From Candidatus Moanibacter sp. (GTDB taxonomy: Bacteria > Verrucomicrobiota > Verrucomicrobiia > Opitutales > UBA2987): a stretch of DNA of 64,000 nucleotides. The stretch covers positions 32,001 through 96,000 of the forward strand of contig CBDCEW010000105.1 in assembly GCA_965215885.1 (NCBI GenBank). The letters are read 5' to 3'. A program made the translations under genes and the position numbers. Of this stretch, positions 9,448 through 20,117 are shown in pieces (the stretch's first letter is position 1; every line of letters starts with the position of its first letter). A model generated the notes under the pieces. The model saw only the letters and a program-made list of their open reading frames with translations, did no database searches and was not told the DNA's origin.

Positions 9448-11364
9448 GACCCCATTCGAAAAGCCTTTCGAGCGGGCGGTTTAAGGTTCTCCGCCACGGG
9501 CGGACCAGCCTATGGCTGGCAGGTTTCGGGTTTTAGGCTGCCGGCGCTGCCGATGAGCAGGTATTGAGCGGCCATCGGCGTGGCTTGCTGCACAATACGT
9601 ATATTTGCCGCTGTCTGGAGGCATACTCATCCCGTGGTGCTTTTTTCTCTGAGCTTCAAAGCGGTCAGATTCAGGCTGCCTGTTCCAGTTCCTCCCCTCG
9701 GCGTTTCTTCATCAGTATGATGCGGCAGAAGTTGTAGGCCAGAACCTTCTCGAGCAGTTCATCGCCTACCGCATCGATGCCGCGGCGGCCGAGTTCGCCA
9801 AAGGCAAATCCATCTTTAATCGTGAACATCAGCGACTCCACTGCGGAGCGATCGCGGCGTGCCTCGCGATACGCCTCGCTCTCCCAGTCCTCGGGGGTGG
9901 TCAACTTCTTGCCCTTCGCCCCACTGATACTGATCTGCTTTACCCCCATGCTCAGCACCTCCTTGCGTCCCTTCGCCGAAGCATATCCGTCATCGGTGCT
10001 GACCAGTTCAGCAATGACACCGGTGCGCTTGATCGAATCGCCGATGGCCGGCGCCAGCTCAATGGAGTCTGCCGCGTTGCCTTGCGGTACGATCAGGCTG
10101 GTGACAAAACCGTTTTCGCTGCGAACCAGTTGTGGCTTGTACCCGATCACTGGATTGCGGCTGCCCTTCTTGATGTAGGCCGCCGATCCGTCCGAGAGGC
10201 TCAGGACCTTCTGTGTGGACGGTAGCTTCTTTTCGTGAAACACCCGATCATGAGCATACTCAACAACCCGCTTGGCGTCGGCAATATCGCCCCTGATCTG
10301 GCTCAATGCCCGCTCCAGAAGCTCCCGGCGAGTGGGAGGCAGTGAATCCATCGACAGGCCCTCTTCAAGATGGCTCAGTTCCCCCGTTAGTGAGTCGGCC
10401 GCCTTGCGGCCCCGCTTGAGCAACCGCCGGTAGTGTTTCTTCAGCTTGCCCTTCGACTTCGGTTTGCCCGCGGCCAGACAAATCTGAAACTCCAGCTTGT
10501 CCATTTCCTCCAGCCAACGCCCAACCCATCCCTTGCGAAAATCCTCCAGCCCGAAGACATGCAACTTCTGACCCAAACGATTGGCCCGCATCAAAAGACC
10601 GCTCAGAATCTTCCCATCGGTGGGCCAGCAGCTGTTTGCTTTCACCGAGGTGCTGTCGATCGTCAGCTTCCCGAAATCGTCCCATTGCTCCTGGAGGATA
10701 AACCCAATCTGTTTATCAAAGATCAACTCGCGGGTCGTATGGCTGACCAGGTTCACGTTCTCCAGAATCGTCGTCACCGCCGGCATTCTCAGTCCCCCGC
10801 TCTGCAAAAATCCGTACAAGCTCATCGACTCGCGCACAAACCGCCGTGCCGGTTTCGTGGTCAACGAACCCAGAAACCCTCGAATCATCACGAACACGTA
10901 TACCGCATAAGCCGGCATCCGCGGCCGGCCTGCCCCAAGATTCAATTCAGCAGCCAGAATATTCTCCTCCTCGATGTCCAGCTCCGGCAGCTCCGCTGTG
11001 CGCCCTTCAAAGAACCTGCGATCTTCCAATCGAAGTTTCTTCTTCTCACGCGCATGGGCGTCCAGATCCTTCTCGATCGCCTCGATGATTTGCGCCGCGA
11101 ACCCGGCCAATTCTTCAACTTCATCCAGAAAATCACGGAAATCCGTGTCTGGAACCGGCAGAATGAGGTTGCTAAGGGGCGTCTTATCGCTTTTGTTCTC
11201 CTCTGTCGCACATGTTGGCATGTTTAACTCCTTTCTTAATCTTAGGTTGTTAAACACTAGCATGTTGCGACACTTTTTATCAAGCCAAAAAATGATTTTT
11301 CTCAAGTTTTTCTTGCGCCTTTTGCGCCTCTTTGCGGCCAATCAGTAGCTTTTCGGATAAGGTC
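9448..11364 (-). mobile_element. IS copy 3, 1917 bp
   Basis: Same TIRs. DR TAGCAA at 9442-9447 and 11365-11370. Confidence 0.95.
9671..11221 (-). CDS. DDE transposase (516 aa)
   Basis: Near-identical to 1338-2888. Confidence 0.9.
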   Translation of the reverse strand: MPTCATEENKSDKTPLSNLILPVPDTDFRDFLDEVEELAGFAAQIIEAIEKDLDAHAREKKKLRLEDRRFFEGRTAELPELDIEEENILAAELNLGAGRPRMPAYAVYVFVMIRGFLGSLTTKPARRFVRESMSLYGFLQSGGLRMPAVTTILENVNLVSHTTRELIFDKQIGFILQEQWDDFGKLTIDSTSVKANSCWPTDGKILSGLLMRANRLGQKLHVFGLEDFRKGWVGRWLEEMDKLEFQICLAAGKPKSKGKLKKHYRRLLKRGRKAADSLTGELSHLEEGLSMDSLPPTRRELLERALSQIRGDIADAKRVVEYAHDRVFHEKKLPSTQKVLSLSDGSAAYIKKGSRNPVIGYKPQLVRSENGFVTSLIVPQGNAADSIELAPAIGDSIKRTGVIAELVSTDDGYASAKGRKEVLSMGVKQISISGAKGKKLTTPEDWESEAYREARRDRSAVESLMFTIKDGFAFGELGRRGIDAVGDELLEKVLAYNFCRIILMKKRRGEELEQAA

Positions 11365-11650
11365 TAGCAAGAAAGTTAGTGGTGGAACGGCCCCTCCGGG
11401 GACGTTTGTTTCAACCAGGTAATGAGCAAAGGCAGATACGGAGCTATTGGCGAGAGAGTTAGATACCCTGTCCGCGGCAAGCCGGGACGGAGAGTGTTCA
11501 TTTCGAGTGTGTATGCGTAACTCTCGCAGCGTGAGCCCATCCCAAATTTCCGGACTATATTCATCACAGTGATTTTCCCGTTTTTCATCCGTATATCTTT
11601 ACGGGTATTGACTGCGCCATTTCGGATGTCATTTCATTAAGGACTTTCCC

Positions 11651-12934
11651 ATGCCCTACTTAGCACCCATTGAAGACGTGATTCCGACTCCGGGCCTTCC
11701 GAGAATCAGGGAAGTGCGTGCATACGTATCGCGAAGCAGTGACTACGGAGCCAGTGATGTCCACGACACGCCGGACACGCACTGGATCATGGGGCTTCCC
11801 GATGAGAGCGGCAAATGGGATCACAATTCGACCCACCCGCCGATCACCAACCCCATGTCCCGCTACCCCAAGTACTCGGGCTCCCGAAGCTCATGGGGCG
11901 TGGCTAGGGTGCCCACCGTCATTGTTGAAATTGAGGACGAAGAGGGGCTTGTGGGGATAGGTGCCAGCACCGGCGGGGAAGCGGCTGCTTTCGTCATCGA
12001 ACAGCATCTTTCCATGTTCGTGGAAGGTTGTAACGTTCGCGACCGGTCCATCATGTGGGAGCAGATGTGGCGGGCATCGATTCATTACGGCCGAAAGGGC
12101 CTCGCCGTTCATGCCATTTCGGCGGTGGACATCGCGATGTGGGACCTCTTCGGAAAGACTCTCAACGAACCGGTCTACAATCTCATTGGCGGCAGAACGA
12201 AGCAACGTGTCCCTGTCTATGCAACAACCTCCCGTCCTGATCTGGCCCGGGAGATGGGATTCCACGGCGCCAAGGTCCCGCTGCCCTACGGACCGAGCGC
12301 CGGCGCGGAAGGGATGAACGGAAACGTCGCCTTCATCCGGAACTGGCGGGAAAAGGTCGGTCCTGACTTTCCGCTGATGCTCGACTGTTATATGGCGCTC
12401 GATCTGCAGTATGCGGCTTTACTCGCCCAGCGGCTGGCGCCGTACAACCTCACCTGGATTGAAGAACCCCTCATGCCGGACGAATACGTCGCCCACGCTC
12501 GGCTGGCGAAGAGGCTTGAGGCCATGGGTTGCACCGCCTACTTTGCCACCGGCGAACACGAGTATACCCGCCACGGATTTCAACAGCTCATCGATGCCGG
12601 GGTAGGACTCCTCCAACCCGATGTGATGTGGATGGGCGGGCCCACCGAGTTCGCCAGGGTCGTGGCGCTGGCCAGCACCTGGGACGTGGCCGTGGTGCCG
12701 CACGGATGCGGCGTCTATGGCTACTACATGGCGATGGCCTTTGAACACATCCACCTGGCAGAGTTCATGATGATGAGTGAAAAGGCAGACGCAATTGAAC
12801 CGAATTTCGGCGCCATGTTTAAAAACGAGCCCTTGCCTGAGGCCGGGTACATCACCCTTCCGAATGCCCCGGGCTTTGGGCTGGAACTCGACCGTGACGC
12901 CTTGAATCTTGTTCGTCCGTATGAGCGTGGGTGA
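11651..12934 (+). CDS. rhmD: L-rhamnonate dehydratase-like enolase-superfamily enzyme
   Basis: ITNPMSRYPKY..SRSSWG, HYGRKGL, LMLDCYMAL, WIEEPL, TGEHEYT, LQPDV motifs typical of RhmD. Confidence 0.8.
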   Translation: MPYLAPIEDVIPTPGLPRIREVRAYVSRSSDYGASDVHDTPDTHWIMGLPDESGKWDHNSTHPPITNPMSRYPKYSGSRSSWGVARVPTVIVEIEDEEGLVGIGASTGGEAAAFVIEQHLSMFVEGCNVRDRSIMWEQMWRASIHYGRKGLAVHAISAVDIAMWDLFGKTLNEPVYNLIGGRTKQRVPVYATTSRPDLAREMGFHGAKVPLPYGPSAGAEGMNGNVAFIRNWREKVGPDFPLMLDCYMALDLQYAALLAQRLAPYNLTWIEEPLMPDEYVAHARLAKRLEAMGCTAYFATGEHEYTRHGFQQLIDAGVGLLQPDVMWMGGPTEFARVVALASTWDVAVVPHGCGVYGYYMAMAFEHIHLAEFMMMSEKADAIEPNFGAMFKNEPLPEAGYITLPNAPGFGLELDRDALNLVRPYERG

Positions 12935-13464
12935 ATCCGTGTTCTCGAACTCGGAATAATGTTGAGATTTCCAGGTTAGGCATGATCCGGTAGGTAATCC
13001 CGGTGGAAAGGGCGCTCGTTTGCCCGCGTTGCGCGACCCCGTTGATAGGCGTCTTATCGGTGTTATCCACAAAATATCGAATGTCGGCGAATGGAGCTAG
13101 GACCGAGTTTTGGCATGCTGAATCGAATGGGTTGCTACACTTAGTTCCTACACTTCGTCGGGAGCACTTAGTCTTTCCACTTAGTCCGAGCAAAGCCAAT
13201 CGACTATGTGGAGGGACGAAGTGTGATAGACTAAGAGTGGCGACTAAGGGTTCTGCTCGATCCTGGGGCAAGAGAAGCTCAACATCCTTCTTTGACCTGC
13301 CCACTTTGCCGGGAAGGTGGAGTAGAGAGCAATGAAAGAAGCGAGGCAAAAAATGAATAACCATTCCCTGGAGGCAATTCGGGCTGGCGCCCTCATGCCT
13401 CAGTGATACGTTCTTGAGATTCGGCTTGCAATAATTGTTGAATATCTTACTTTATTAGTAAGTA

Positions 13465-14640
13465 ATGCAACAATTAATCGAAAGAAGTGCCCTACTTGAA
13501 TCCATCCGGCTGCGACTAACGGAATCACCGGTAGTCGCGCTGCTCGGTGCACGGCAGGTGGGGAAGACGACGCTGGCAGAAAGGGTGGCAGCGGATTGGG
13601 TGGGGCCAGCTGTGATATTAGATCTGGAAAACACGGTCACCCGCGAAGCACTGAATGCGACACCTGAAAGACTCCTCAGCGAGCAGGAGGGGTTGGTCAT
13701 CGTGGACGAGGTGCAGCGGATGCCGGAACTGTTCCAGCTACTGCGCCCGCTGTGCGACGATAAAAAGCGGAAAGCAGTCTTTCTGTTGCTCGGCAGTGCG
13801 TCGTGGGACCTTGTAAAAGGGGTCTCAGAAACGCTGGCGGGCCGCGTGCAGTTCGTCGATGTAGCGGGATTTTCACTGGCCGAGACAGGAAGAGAGCGAC
13901 AAGACGAACTCTGGATGCGAGGAGGATTTCCCCGGGCGTTTCTGGCGGAATCTGAAGCCTCGTGGAAACGCTGGATGGATGGCTTTACGCGCACGTTTCT
14001 GGAGCGGGACATCCCAGGGCTGGGATCGCGGGTGTCGCCGGTAGCGCTGGGTCGTTTCTGGCGCATGCTTTCGCACTTTCACGGACAGACCTGGAACGCG
14101 GCCGAGCTGGCCCGATCGATGGATGTCAGTGTGACCGCGGTGAACCACTACCGCGATCTTCTGGCCGGCACCTTTATGGTACGCGTCTTGCCGCCATGGT
14201 TCGAGAACCTGGGCAAGCGCCTGGTGAAATCGCCGAGAATTTTTCTGCGGGACAGCGGGATTCTACACCATCTGCTGGGCATCGGCGATATGCTGGAGTT
14301 GCGGATGCACCCGCGTTACGGTGCGAGCTGGGAGGGGTTCGCCCTTGAACAGACCCTCATCTCCCACGGAGAACGGGACACATATTTCTACGGCACGCAG
14401 CGCGGTGCCGAGCTGGACCTCTTGCTCCTGCGAAACGGACGGCGGTGGGGAATCGAGTTCAAATGCACCGACGCGCCGAAAACGACGAAGTCGATGCACA
14501 TCGCAATCAAGGATCTCAACCTGGAACACCTCTGGGTTCTCTACCCCGGAACAGTCGCCTATTCATTGACCGACCGCATAACCGCGTTGCCGTTAAGGGA
14601 AATTGGAAATCTTGAATTTCGCGGAAAGAAGAGCATTTAA
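13465..14640 (+). CDS. AAA_14 ATPase with DUF4143 C-terminus
   Basis: GARQVGKT, IVDEVQR, LGSAS, RGGFP, VKSPRIFLRDSG, ELDL..GIEFK. Confidence 0.9.
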   Translation: MQQLIERSALLESIRLRLTESPVVALLGARQVGKTTLAERVAADWVGPAVILDLENTVTREALNATPERLLSEQEGLVIVDEVQRMPELFQLLRPLCDDKKRKAVFLLLGSASWDLVKGVSETLAGRVQFVDVAGFSLAETGRERQDELWMRGGFPRAFLAESEASWKRWMDGFTRTFLERDIPGLGSRVSPVALGRFWRMLSHFHGQTWNAAELARSMDVSVTAVNHYRDLLAGTFMVRVLPPWFENLGKRLVKSPRIFLRDSGILHHLLGIGDMLELRMHPRYGASWEGFALEQTLISHGERDTYFYGTQRGAELDLLLLRNGRRWGIEFKCTDAPKTTKSMHIAIKDLNLEHLWVLYPGTVAYSLTDRITALPLREIGNLEFRGKKSI

Positions 14641-14880
14641 GGACCGGGTCGACGGAATCAAACGAAGATGCGGAAAGGTTTGGGATTCAATTTCGAAGAG
14701 GAGGTCATTGGGCCCAAAGGATAGACTGTCAATGCCTGGCACGACCAACGAGTGTGCTCCCTTCACGGTTCGTAGCGACTCCAGTTGTTACCAATGGAGT
14801 CCGGGGTTGTTCCACCACTGCGCATTCTCTAATCGCCCATCGATCGTATCGGCGCGGAGAACGGGTGCAGCGGCGCCTTT

Positions 14881-16251
14881 TCAGATGTACCCGAACACGG
14901 GCGGAAAGACGATTACGACAATCGCGGCCCAAACGGCATAGACCGGCAAGTAATTCGTCTGCCACCGTTCGAGGTCCGTGAACGATCCGCGCCCTCTAAG
15001 AAGGCGGATGTAGAGCACGGCGGACCACGCCAGATTGAGCAGAAGAATCACGTTCTCACCCAGGGCGGCCACGCGGTTCGGGCTGAATCCAAACTCGGTG
15101 ATGCGCGCGGCAATGGCCCACAGCGCTACCGCGTCGGCCAATAGCGCACCGACCACCAGCACGACCTGCAACACATCGAAGGCTCCGGGGGACGACCGGG
15201 GGTCCCGGGCGGAGACGGAATAGAGCAGAAGGCCAAGGACCACCACCAGAAGCAGGTCGAAGGCGATGAGCACGTCTCGCTCGATGTCGACTCCGCGTCC
15301 GGTCCACAGCAGGGTCCCCAGAAACGTGACCAGCACGGCGGCGAAAAGGGGTGTGAAGAGGCGCGTCAAGACGGGCGCCATGTTCTCGATCACGCTTTGC
15401 TTGGCCTCCACCAGCCAGGAGGCGATCACGACGGCCCCGGCCGCTCCGCACGGCAGCAGCCACGACTCGAAGAAGGGCTCGACGTCGATGCCGATGGACT
15501 GGAAGATCATCGCCATGAAGCCGGTGAGAACGGCGCCACCGAGAGCGATCAGGACGTAGTAAATGAACAGCTCGCCCGAGAATCGAACGAAGTCCATGCG
15601 GCCCTCGACCTGGCTCCAGCGACCGCCGGCGTAGGCGATACCCACCGCCAGCCAGAGCGCGATTGGCAGGTGCAGTGCCGCCAGCACTTCGGTGTGACCG
15701 CCCGGCGTCAACGGGTAGGCGTTGGCGAGTACAGCCGCCGCGACCAACGCCACGGCCAGCCATCGAAGAGTGCCGGCGTTGAGCCGACGTTTCCACGCGA
15801 AATAAGCGGTCAGCAGGGGCAGGACAAAGAGACTCAGATTGCGGGCGTAGAAACCCCCGTCCGCGTCAAGATTAAATCCGAAGAGCGACGGCAACTTGAT
15901 TGCGAGCGCCGCCGCCGTCGCGAGACAGAATGCGACGATGGCGTCCGTTCGCGCCACGGCCTGCGGCTCCCCGGTATCGGACGGGGACACCACGAGTTGC
16001 TTCCAGAGGCGGTCCGAGTGCTCGCGCGCGAACTCCCGCGAGAGAGCGTCGAGGTCACCCATGCGCTTGACCGCTACCAGGAACGCCTCATCGGTGGCGA
16101 GCCCCGAGTCCTCCAGCACCGCGATCTGCTCGCGCAGGTGGTCCTCCAACTCCGCAACATCGACGGAGTAGATCGCCTGCCGCCGCCGGAGGTAGCTCCG
16201 CCATCGGTCGATCTGCTCCTCGAGCGATCCTGAATGATCCGTCGCCGGCAT
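14881..16251 (-). CDS. Membrane protein with permease-prefix-domain-1 N-terminus
   Basis: ELEDHLRE..EAFLVAVKRMG N-terminus followed by ~10 TM helices; directly downstream of PadR. Confidence 0.85.
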   Translation of the reverse strand: MPATDHSGSLEEQIDRWRSYLRRRQAIYSVDVAELEDHLREQIAVLEDSGLATDEAFLVAVKRMGDLDALSREFAREHSDRLWKQLVVSPSDTGEPQAVARTDAIVAFCLATAAALAIKLPSLFGFNLDADGGFYARNLSLFVLPLLTAYFAWKRRLNAGTLRWLAVALVAAAVLANAYPLTPGGHTEVLAALHLPIALWLAVGIAYAGGRWSQVEGRMDFVRFSGELFIYYVLIALGGAVLTGFMAMIFQSIGIDVEPFFESWLLPCGAAGAVVIASWLVEAKQSVIENMAPVLTRLFTPLFAAVLVTFLGTLLWTGRGVDIERDVLIAFDLLLVVVLGLLLYSVSARDPRSSPGAFDVLQVVLVVGALLADAVALWAIAARITEFGFSPNRVAALGENVILLLNLAWSAVLYIRLLRGRGSFTDLERWQTNYLPVYAVWAAIVVIVFPPVFGYI

Positions 16252-16254
16252 CGC

Positions 16255-16644
16255 TCACGCTCCCTGTGGCAGTGGCCCAGCCAACGCCGGTTGGCTGACG
16301 GGAACGGGAGGGGAGAGCGACCGCCAGATGCCCTGTAGCGTAGCGTCTACAGCTTGCCACTGCCTGCGTTCCTCGGCGAGCTGATCCCGGCCCCGGGACG
16401 TGATCTGGTAGTACTTGCGACGGCGGCCGCTCTCCGCAACTTCCCACCGCGCCTCGACATGGCCGAGCCGCTCGAGCCGATGCAGAACGGGGTAGAGCAT
16501 CCCGTCCGTCCACTCCATGCGCCCTCCGGACAGCTCCCGAACTCGCTTCAGAATGGCGTAGCCGTAGCTGTCCTCTTCGGCCAGGATCGCCAGGACGATC
16601 GGGGTCGAGGAAGCGGCTATCAGGTCCTTGTTGATCTCCATCAT
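16255..16644 (-). CDS. PadR family transcriptional regulator
   Basis: SYGYAI, GMLYPVLHRLE, RRKYYQIT..G. Confidence 0.92.
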   Translation of the reverse strand: MMEINKDLIAASSTPIVLAILAEEDSYGYAILKRVRELSGGRMEWTDGMLYPVLHRLERLGHVEARWEVAESGRRRKYYQITSRGRDQLAEERRQWQAVDATLQGIWRSLSPPVPVSQPALAGPLPQGA

Positions 16645-16694
16645 CTCTCGCGTCGCACCGCGCTAACCCGAATCCAAGTATACATAGCAGCACT

Positions 16695-16715
16695 ATACAT
16701 GATAGTATTATGTAT
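16695..16715. promoter_or_regulatory. Candidate PadR operator (ATACAT-N9-ATGTAT)
   Basis: AT-rich inverted repeat ~50 bp upstream of padR, with related half-sites adjacent. Confidence 0.4.
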
Positions 16716-17029
16716 ATCAAGCACTGCGTGTTCAAGGAGTATGGCCGCGGGACATTCCTCGTGCCATTTGCCGTGAATGGTTGGGGTTGGCGGCGGCATC
16801 ACAATCAAGACGATGTAGAAATCGGCTTGCAGTTCCACCCCGACCACCTAATTTCCATACTTCCGCAACACACAACCTGTCCACGCTGTGCCTGGCCGAC
16901 TGGCTCGATCGCAGCGCCATGGTCATCTGCGATGTGCTCGATCCCGAATCCCATGGCCGACCGCTACTGCATCCAGCGAACCAATAGCTTGTCATTGTCC
17001 ACTGAGTCCACTTTGCCCACCCGCAAAAA

Positions 17030-17734
17030 ATGCCCGCTGTCCCGATAATCGGAATCACAACCTACGGCCGCGATGCAACCGACAAGTACGTGCTCCCGGT
17101 GAAATACGTGGAGTCCGTTCGCCGCGCCGGTGGCGCGGCTTTTCTCATACCGCCGGGCGAGCCGCATTACGAGCGGCTGCTGGCGAAACTCGACGGCCTG
17201 ATCATCGCCGGCGGCGGCGACATCGATCCCAAGGTCTACGGCGGTAGCGACCATCCGGATATTTACATGGTCGACCCCGATCGCGACACCATGGAAATCG
17301 CCATGGCGAAGACGGTAGTCGAAAACGGCATGCCCACCCTCAGCATCTGCCGCGGCTCGCAGATCATAAACATCGCACTCGGAGGCACCCTGTTTCCCCA
17401 TGTGCCGGACGAATTCGGCGAGTCCGTCAAGCATCGCCTGCCGCCGCGCGAGCCGGTCCCGCACCCAATTGAAGCCCTCAAGGGCTCGAAAGTGGCCGAG
17501 GTCATGCATGCCACCGAAGTCGAACCCGCGTCGTGGCATCATCAGGCCATGCGGGAAGTGGCCCCGAAGCTTGAAATCGTCGCCTACGCACCGGACGGCG
17601 TCATCGAAGCACTCGAGCTGCCCGGCCATCCCTGGCTGCTCGCCGTGCAGTGGCATCCCGAAGAAACCGCGGCCGAAGACCCGACTCAGCAACGGCTGTT
17701 CGACGCACTCGTGGAGGCGGCGAAGGCGGCTTGA
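17030..17734 (+). CDS. Gamma-glutamyl-gamma-aminobutyrate hydrolase family (peptidase C26, PuuD-like)
   Basis: GGGDIDP, SICRGSQ, SWHHQA, VQWHPE. Confidence 0.9.
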   Translation: MPAVPIIGITTYGRDATDKYVLPVKYVESVRRAGGAAFLIPPGEPHYERLLAKLDGLIIAGGGDIDPKVYGGSDHPDIYMVDPDRDTMEIAMAKTVVENGMPTLSICRGSQIINIALGGTLFPHVPDEFGESVKHRLPPREPVPHPIEALKGSKVAEVMHATEVEPASWHHQAMREVAPKLEIVAYAPDGVIEALELPGHPWLLAVQWHPEETAAEDPTQQRLFDALVEAAKAA

Positions 17735-17810
17735 GCGTCGGTGAATTACGATCAGCGACGTGCACCTGAACTGATCTGAGCAGTCCCATCTGAACACAAA
17801 AGGAGTAGCC

Positions 17811-18584
17811 ATGCGACTGGAAGCGAAAACCGCACTCATCACCGGCGCCGCTGCCGGTATCGGCCGCCAGACCGCGCTGCTGTTCGCCGCCGAAGGCGCA
17901 CAGGTCTTCTGTGTCGACCTGAATGACGACGGCGGACATGACACCGTCTCGATGATCCGGGATGCCGGCGGTCAGGCTGCCTACCATCACGCCGATGTTT
18001 CAAAACCCGACGACTGCCGCGCGATGGTCGACGCCGCCGCGTCCGAATTCGGAAAGCTGAATGCCCTGTTCAATAACGCCGGCATCATGGATGGTCGCGA
18101 CGATAACGCCGAAACAACCGATGAAGACGTGTGGGATCTCACGATGGCCGTCAATCTCAAGGGTGTCTTCCTGGGATGTAAGTACGGCATTCCTGCGCTG
18201 CGCCGGGCCGGCGGCGGATCGGTGATCAATACCGCGTCGTTCGTCGCCATCATGGGTGCGGCCACGCCGCAGATCGCGTACACCGCAAGCAAGGGCGGCG
18301 TACTCGCGATGACCCGCGAGCTCGCAATCGTGCATGCCCGCGAGAACATTCGCGTGAACGCCCTGTGCCCGGGGCCTCTGCGCACGGAGATGCTGATGAA
18401 TTATCTCGATACAGAGGAAAAAAGACAACGCCGCCTCGTCCACGTGCCGATCGGCCGATTCGGCGAAGCAAAGGAAATGGCACAGGCGGCGCTCTACCTC
18501 GCGTCCGACGAATCCAGCTACGTGACCGGTGCCGACTTCGTGGTCGACGGCGGCATTACGGCGGCGTATGTGACACCGGAGTAG
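17811..18584 (+). CDS. Short-chain dehydrogenase/reductase
   Basis: TGAAAGIG, NNAG, YTASKGG. Confidence 0.93.
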   Translation: MRLEAKTALITGAAAGIGRQTALLFAAEGAQVFCVDLNDDGGHDTVSMIRDAGGQAAYHHADVSKPDDCRAMVDAAASEFGKLNALFNNAGIMDGRDDNAETTDEDVWDLTMAVNLKGVFLGCKYGIPALRRAGGGSVINTASFVAIMGAATPQIAYTASKGGVLAMTRELAIVHARENIRVNALCPGPLRTEMLMNYLDTEEKRQRRLVHVPIGRFGEAKEMAQAALYLASDESSYVTGADFVVDGGITAAYVTPE

Positions 18585-18676
18585 ATCCAGTTTTTACTGA
18601 CTACGGCAATCAGACGATTCTCGATCTGTTTGAAGTCTCGTGGGCCGAGCTCACAGTGATGCCGTCACGGACATCC

Positions 18677-18735
18677 GTCGAACGTTTGAGTCCTGAGACG
18701 CCATTTATCGGGTTCTCAGAGACGATTGGTTATGA
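18677..18735 (-). other. Integron attC site (59 bp)
   Basis: Minus strand TCATAAC-caatcg-TCTCTGAGA...TCTCAGGA-ctcaaac-GTTCGAC, overlapping the stop codon of the upstream gene. Confidence 0.8.
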
Positions 18736-19406
18736 GGCGTCTTCCATTGTCGCCAGCCACGGGTGTTCTGGTTGAAGCCTTTCGACACCTTTTCTAAGCC
18801 AAGCGCGGCGAGTTGGCTCAAGACTCGGCCACGTCGTCACAAAGTCAGTTGTATTTTGCTCAAAGTCGTCGTACCTTTTTGCTTTGTAGAGGAGGACGAT
18901 TTCAGGCGCCAAGCATGGAATTCGAGAAGGCGAGTTGTAACCCATCTGCGACTCCGCATTTCAGGCGCCAAGCATGGAATTCGAGAAGGCAGTTGTAACC
19001 CATCTGCGACTCCGGCATTCACATTGAATGGTCTCTACGAAACCGAAATTCGCCATCGACGACCTCATTGAGCAGAATCTCAATTCTCACGGGATCATGA
19101 TCGCTCCGCTCTACCCAAATGCAGTGGTATGGTGGCTGAAGACACTGGCCCCGCTTCCATTCTACGAGCGTACCCATCCCGCCCATAGCGTAGCCGCCAT
19201 CCACAAAGATGCTGCTGGACGGTTAGTTGATCATCCCTCAGGACGGCAAAGTCTGCATCCTTGTGCCGTCTGGTGATGCGATTCAGGGAGAGATCGATTG
19301 CCCATCCGCCAGCTACGAACCACGGACAATCAAGACCACGAAGTACGGCTGTGGCCTTCCGCAACTCGTTAAACGACGTGCTCTCGCACTTCAGGGATTC
19401 GTCCAC
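18730..19406 (-). pseudogene. Nucleotidyltransferase of the aminoglycoside-2''-adenylyltransferase/Lnu-like family, frameshifted, cassette-borne
   Basis: PWFVAGGWAIDL...TRRHKDADF N-terminus and IPCLAPEIVLLYKAK...HPWL C-terminus lie in different frames. ~59-bp tandem duplication at 18899-19016. Confidence 0.75.
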
Positions 19407-19986
19407 GATTTTCTATTTCTCATAACATGCAATCGTAGACCAGTTCCTTTATCCGGAGTCGTTGCCGGTCCTGATATGTTGCAAGGGTTTCCGACTCAGG
19501 ACTTTAGTTCGTTTTAAACAGTGTTTTGCTTCCGGTAATATACGACCTGTCGCATATTCCCGGAATATTGGGAAAAAGCAACAGGAAAGGCTTACCATTT
19601 CGAGAACTTAGGTGGAAGATGAAGAGAATTTCAGAGTCGCATATCATTCACAGCACTACTCCGACCCCGGCAACCTGATGGCTTATGGAAAATTCCATCT
19701 GCGCCAGCCATCCGTTAGGAACCCCTTTAAGAGCGCTGCGTGGTGAAAGACGTCGAACGGGCGGTCCTGGAGCGCATTGACAAGACCGACCGGTGTTTGA
19801 TTGCGGGCGAACCGCTGTGGGGCGACTACAGCGTGGGAACGTACATCCGCCAGCTCAACGCCTTTTCCCAGCCCAGCAGCTTCGATATCTCCCATCCGGG
19901 CTGGTCGATTAATTGGTAAACGGGATATTCCGCCTTTTTCACAGAATATGCTTCTAATGAAAAAGTCGGAGTTTCGGAATCCTCGA

Positions 19987-20059
19987 CCACGTTCTTGCGA
20001 ACGCGGCTACAGACACTAACGACACACGAAATCTTGTAGCCACGTTCGCAAGAACGTGG
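19987..20059. repeat. REP doublet (GTAG-type), inverted
   Basis: GTAG-CCACGTTC-GCAA-GAACGTGG and its near reverse complement. Related sequence at ~41738-41790. Confidence 0.75.
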
Positions 20060-20117
20060 GGTTTTTCACCGGAATTAGAATTAGCGGACTAACCCGAAAA
20101 TCCGTAAGATTTTCGGG

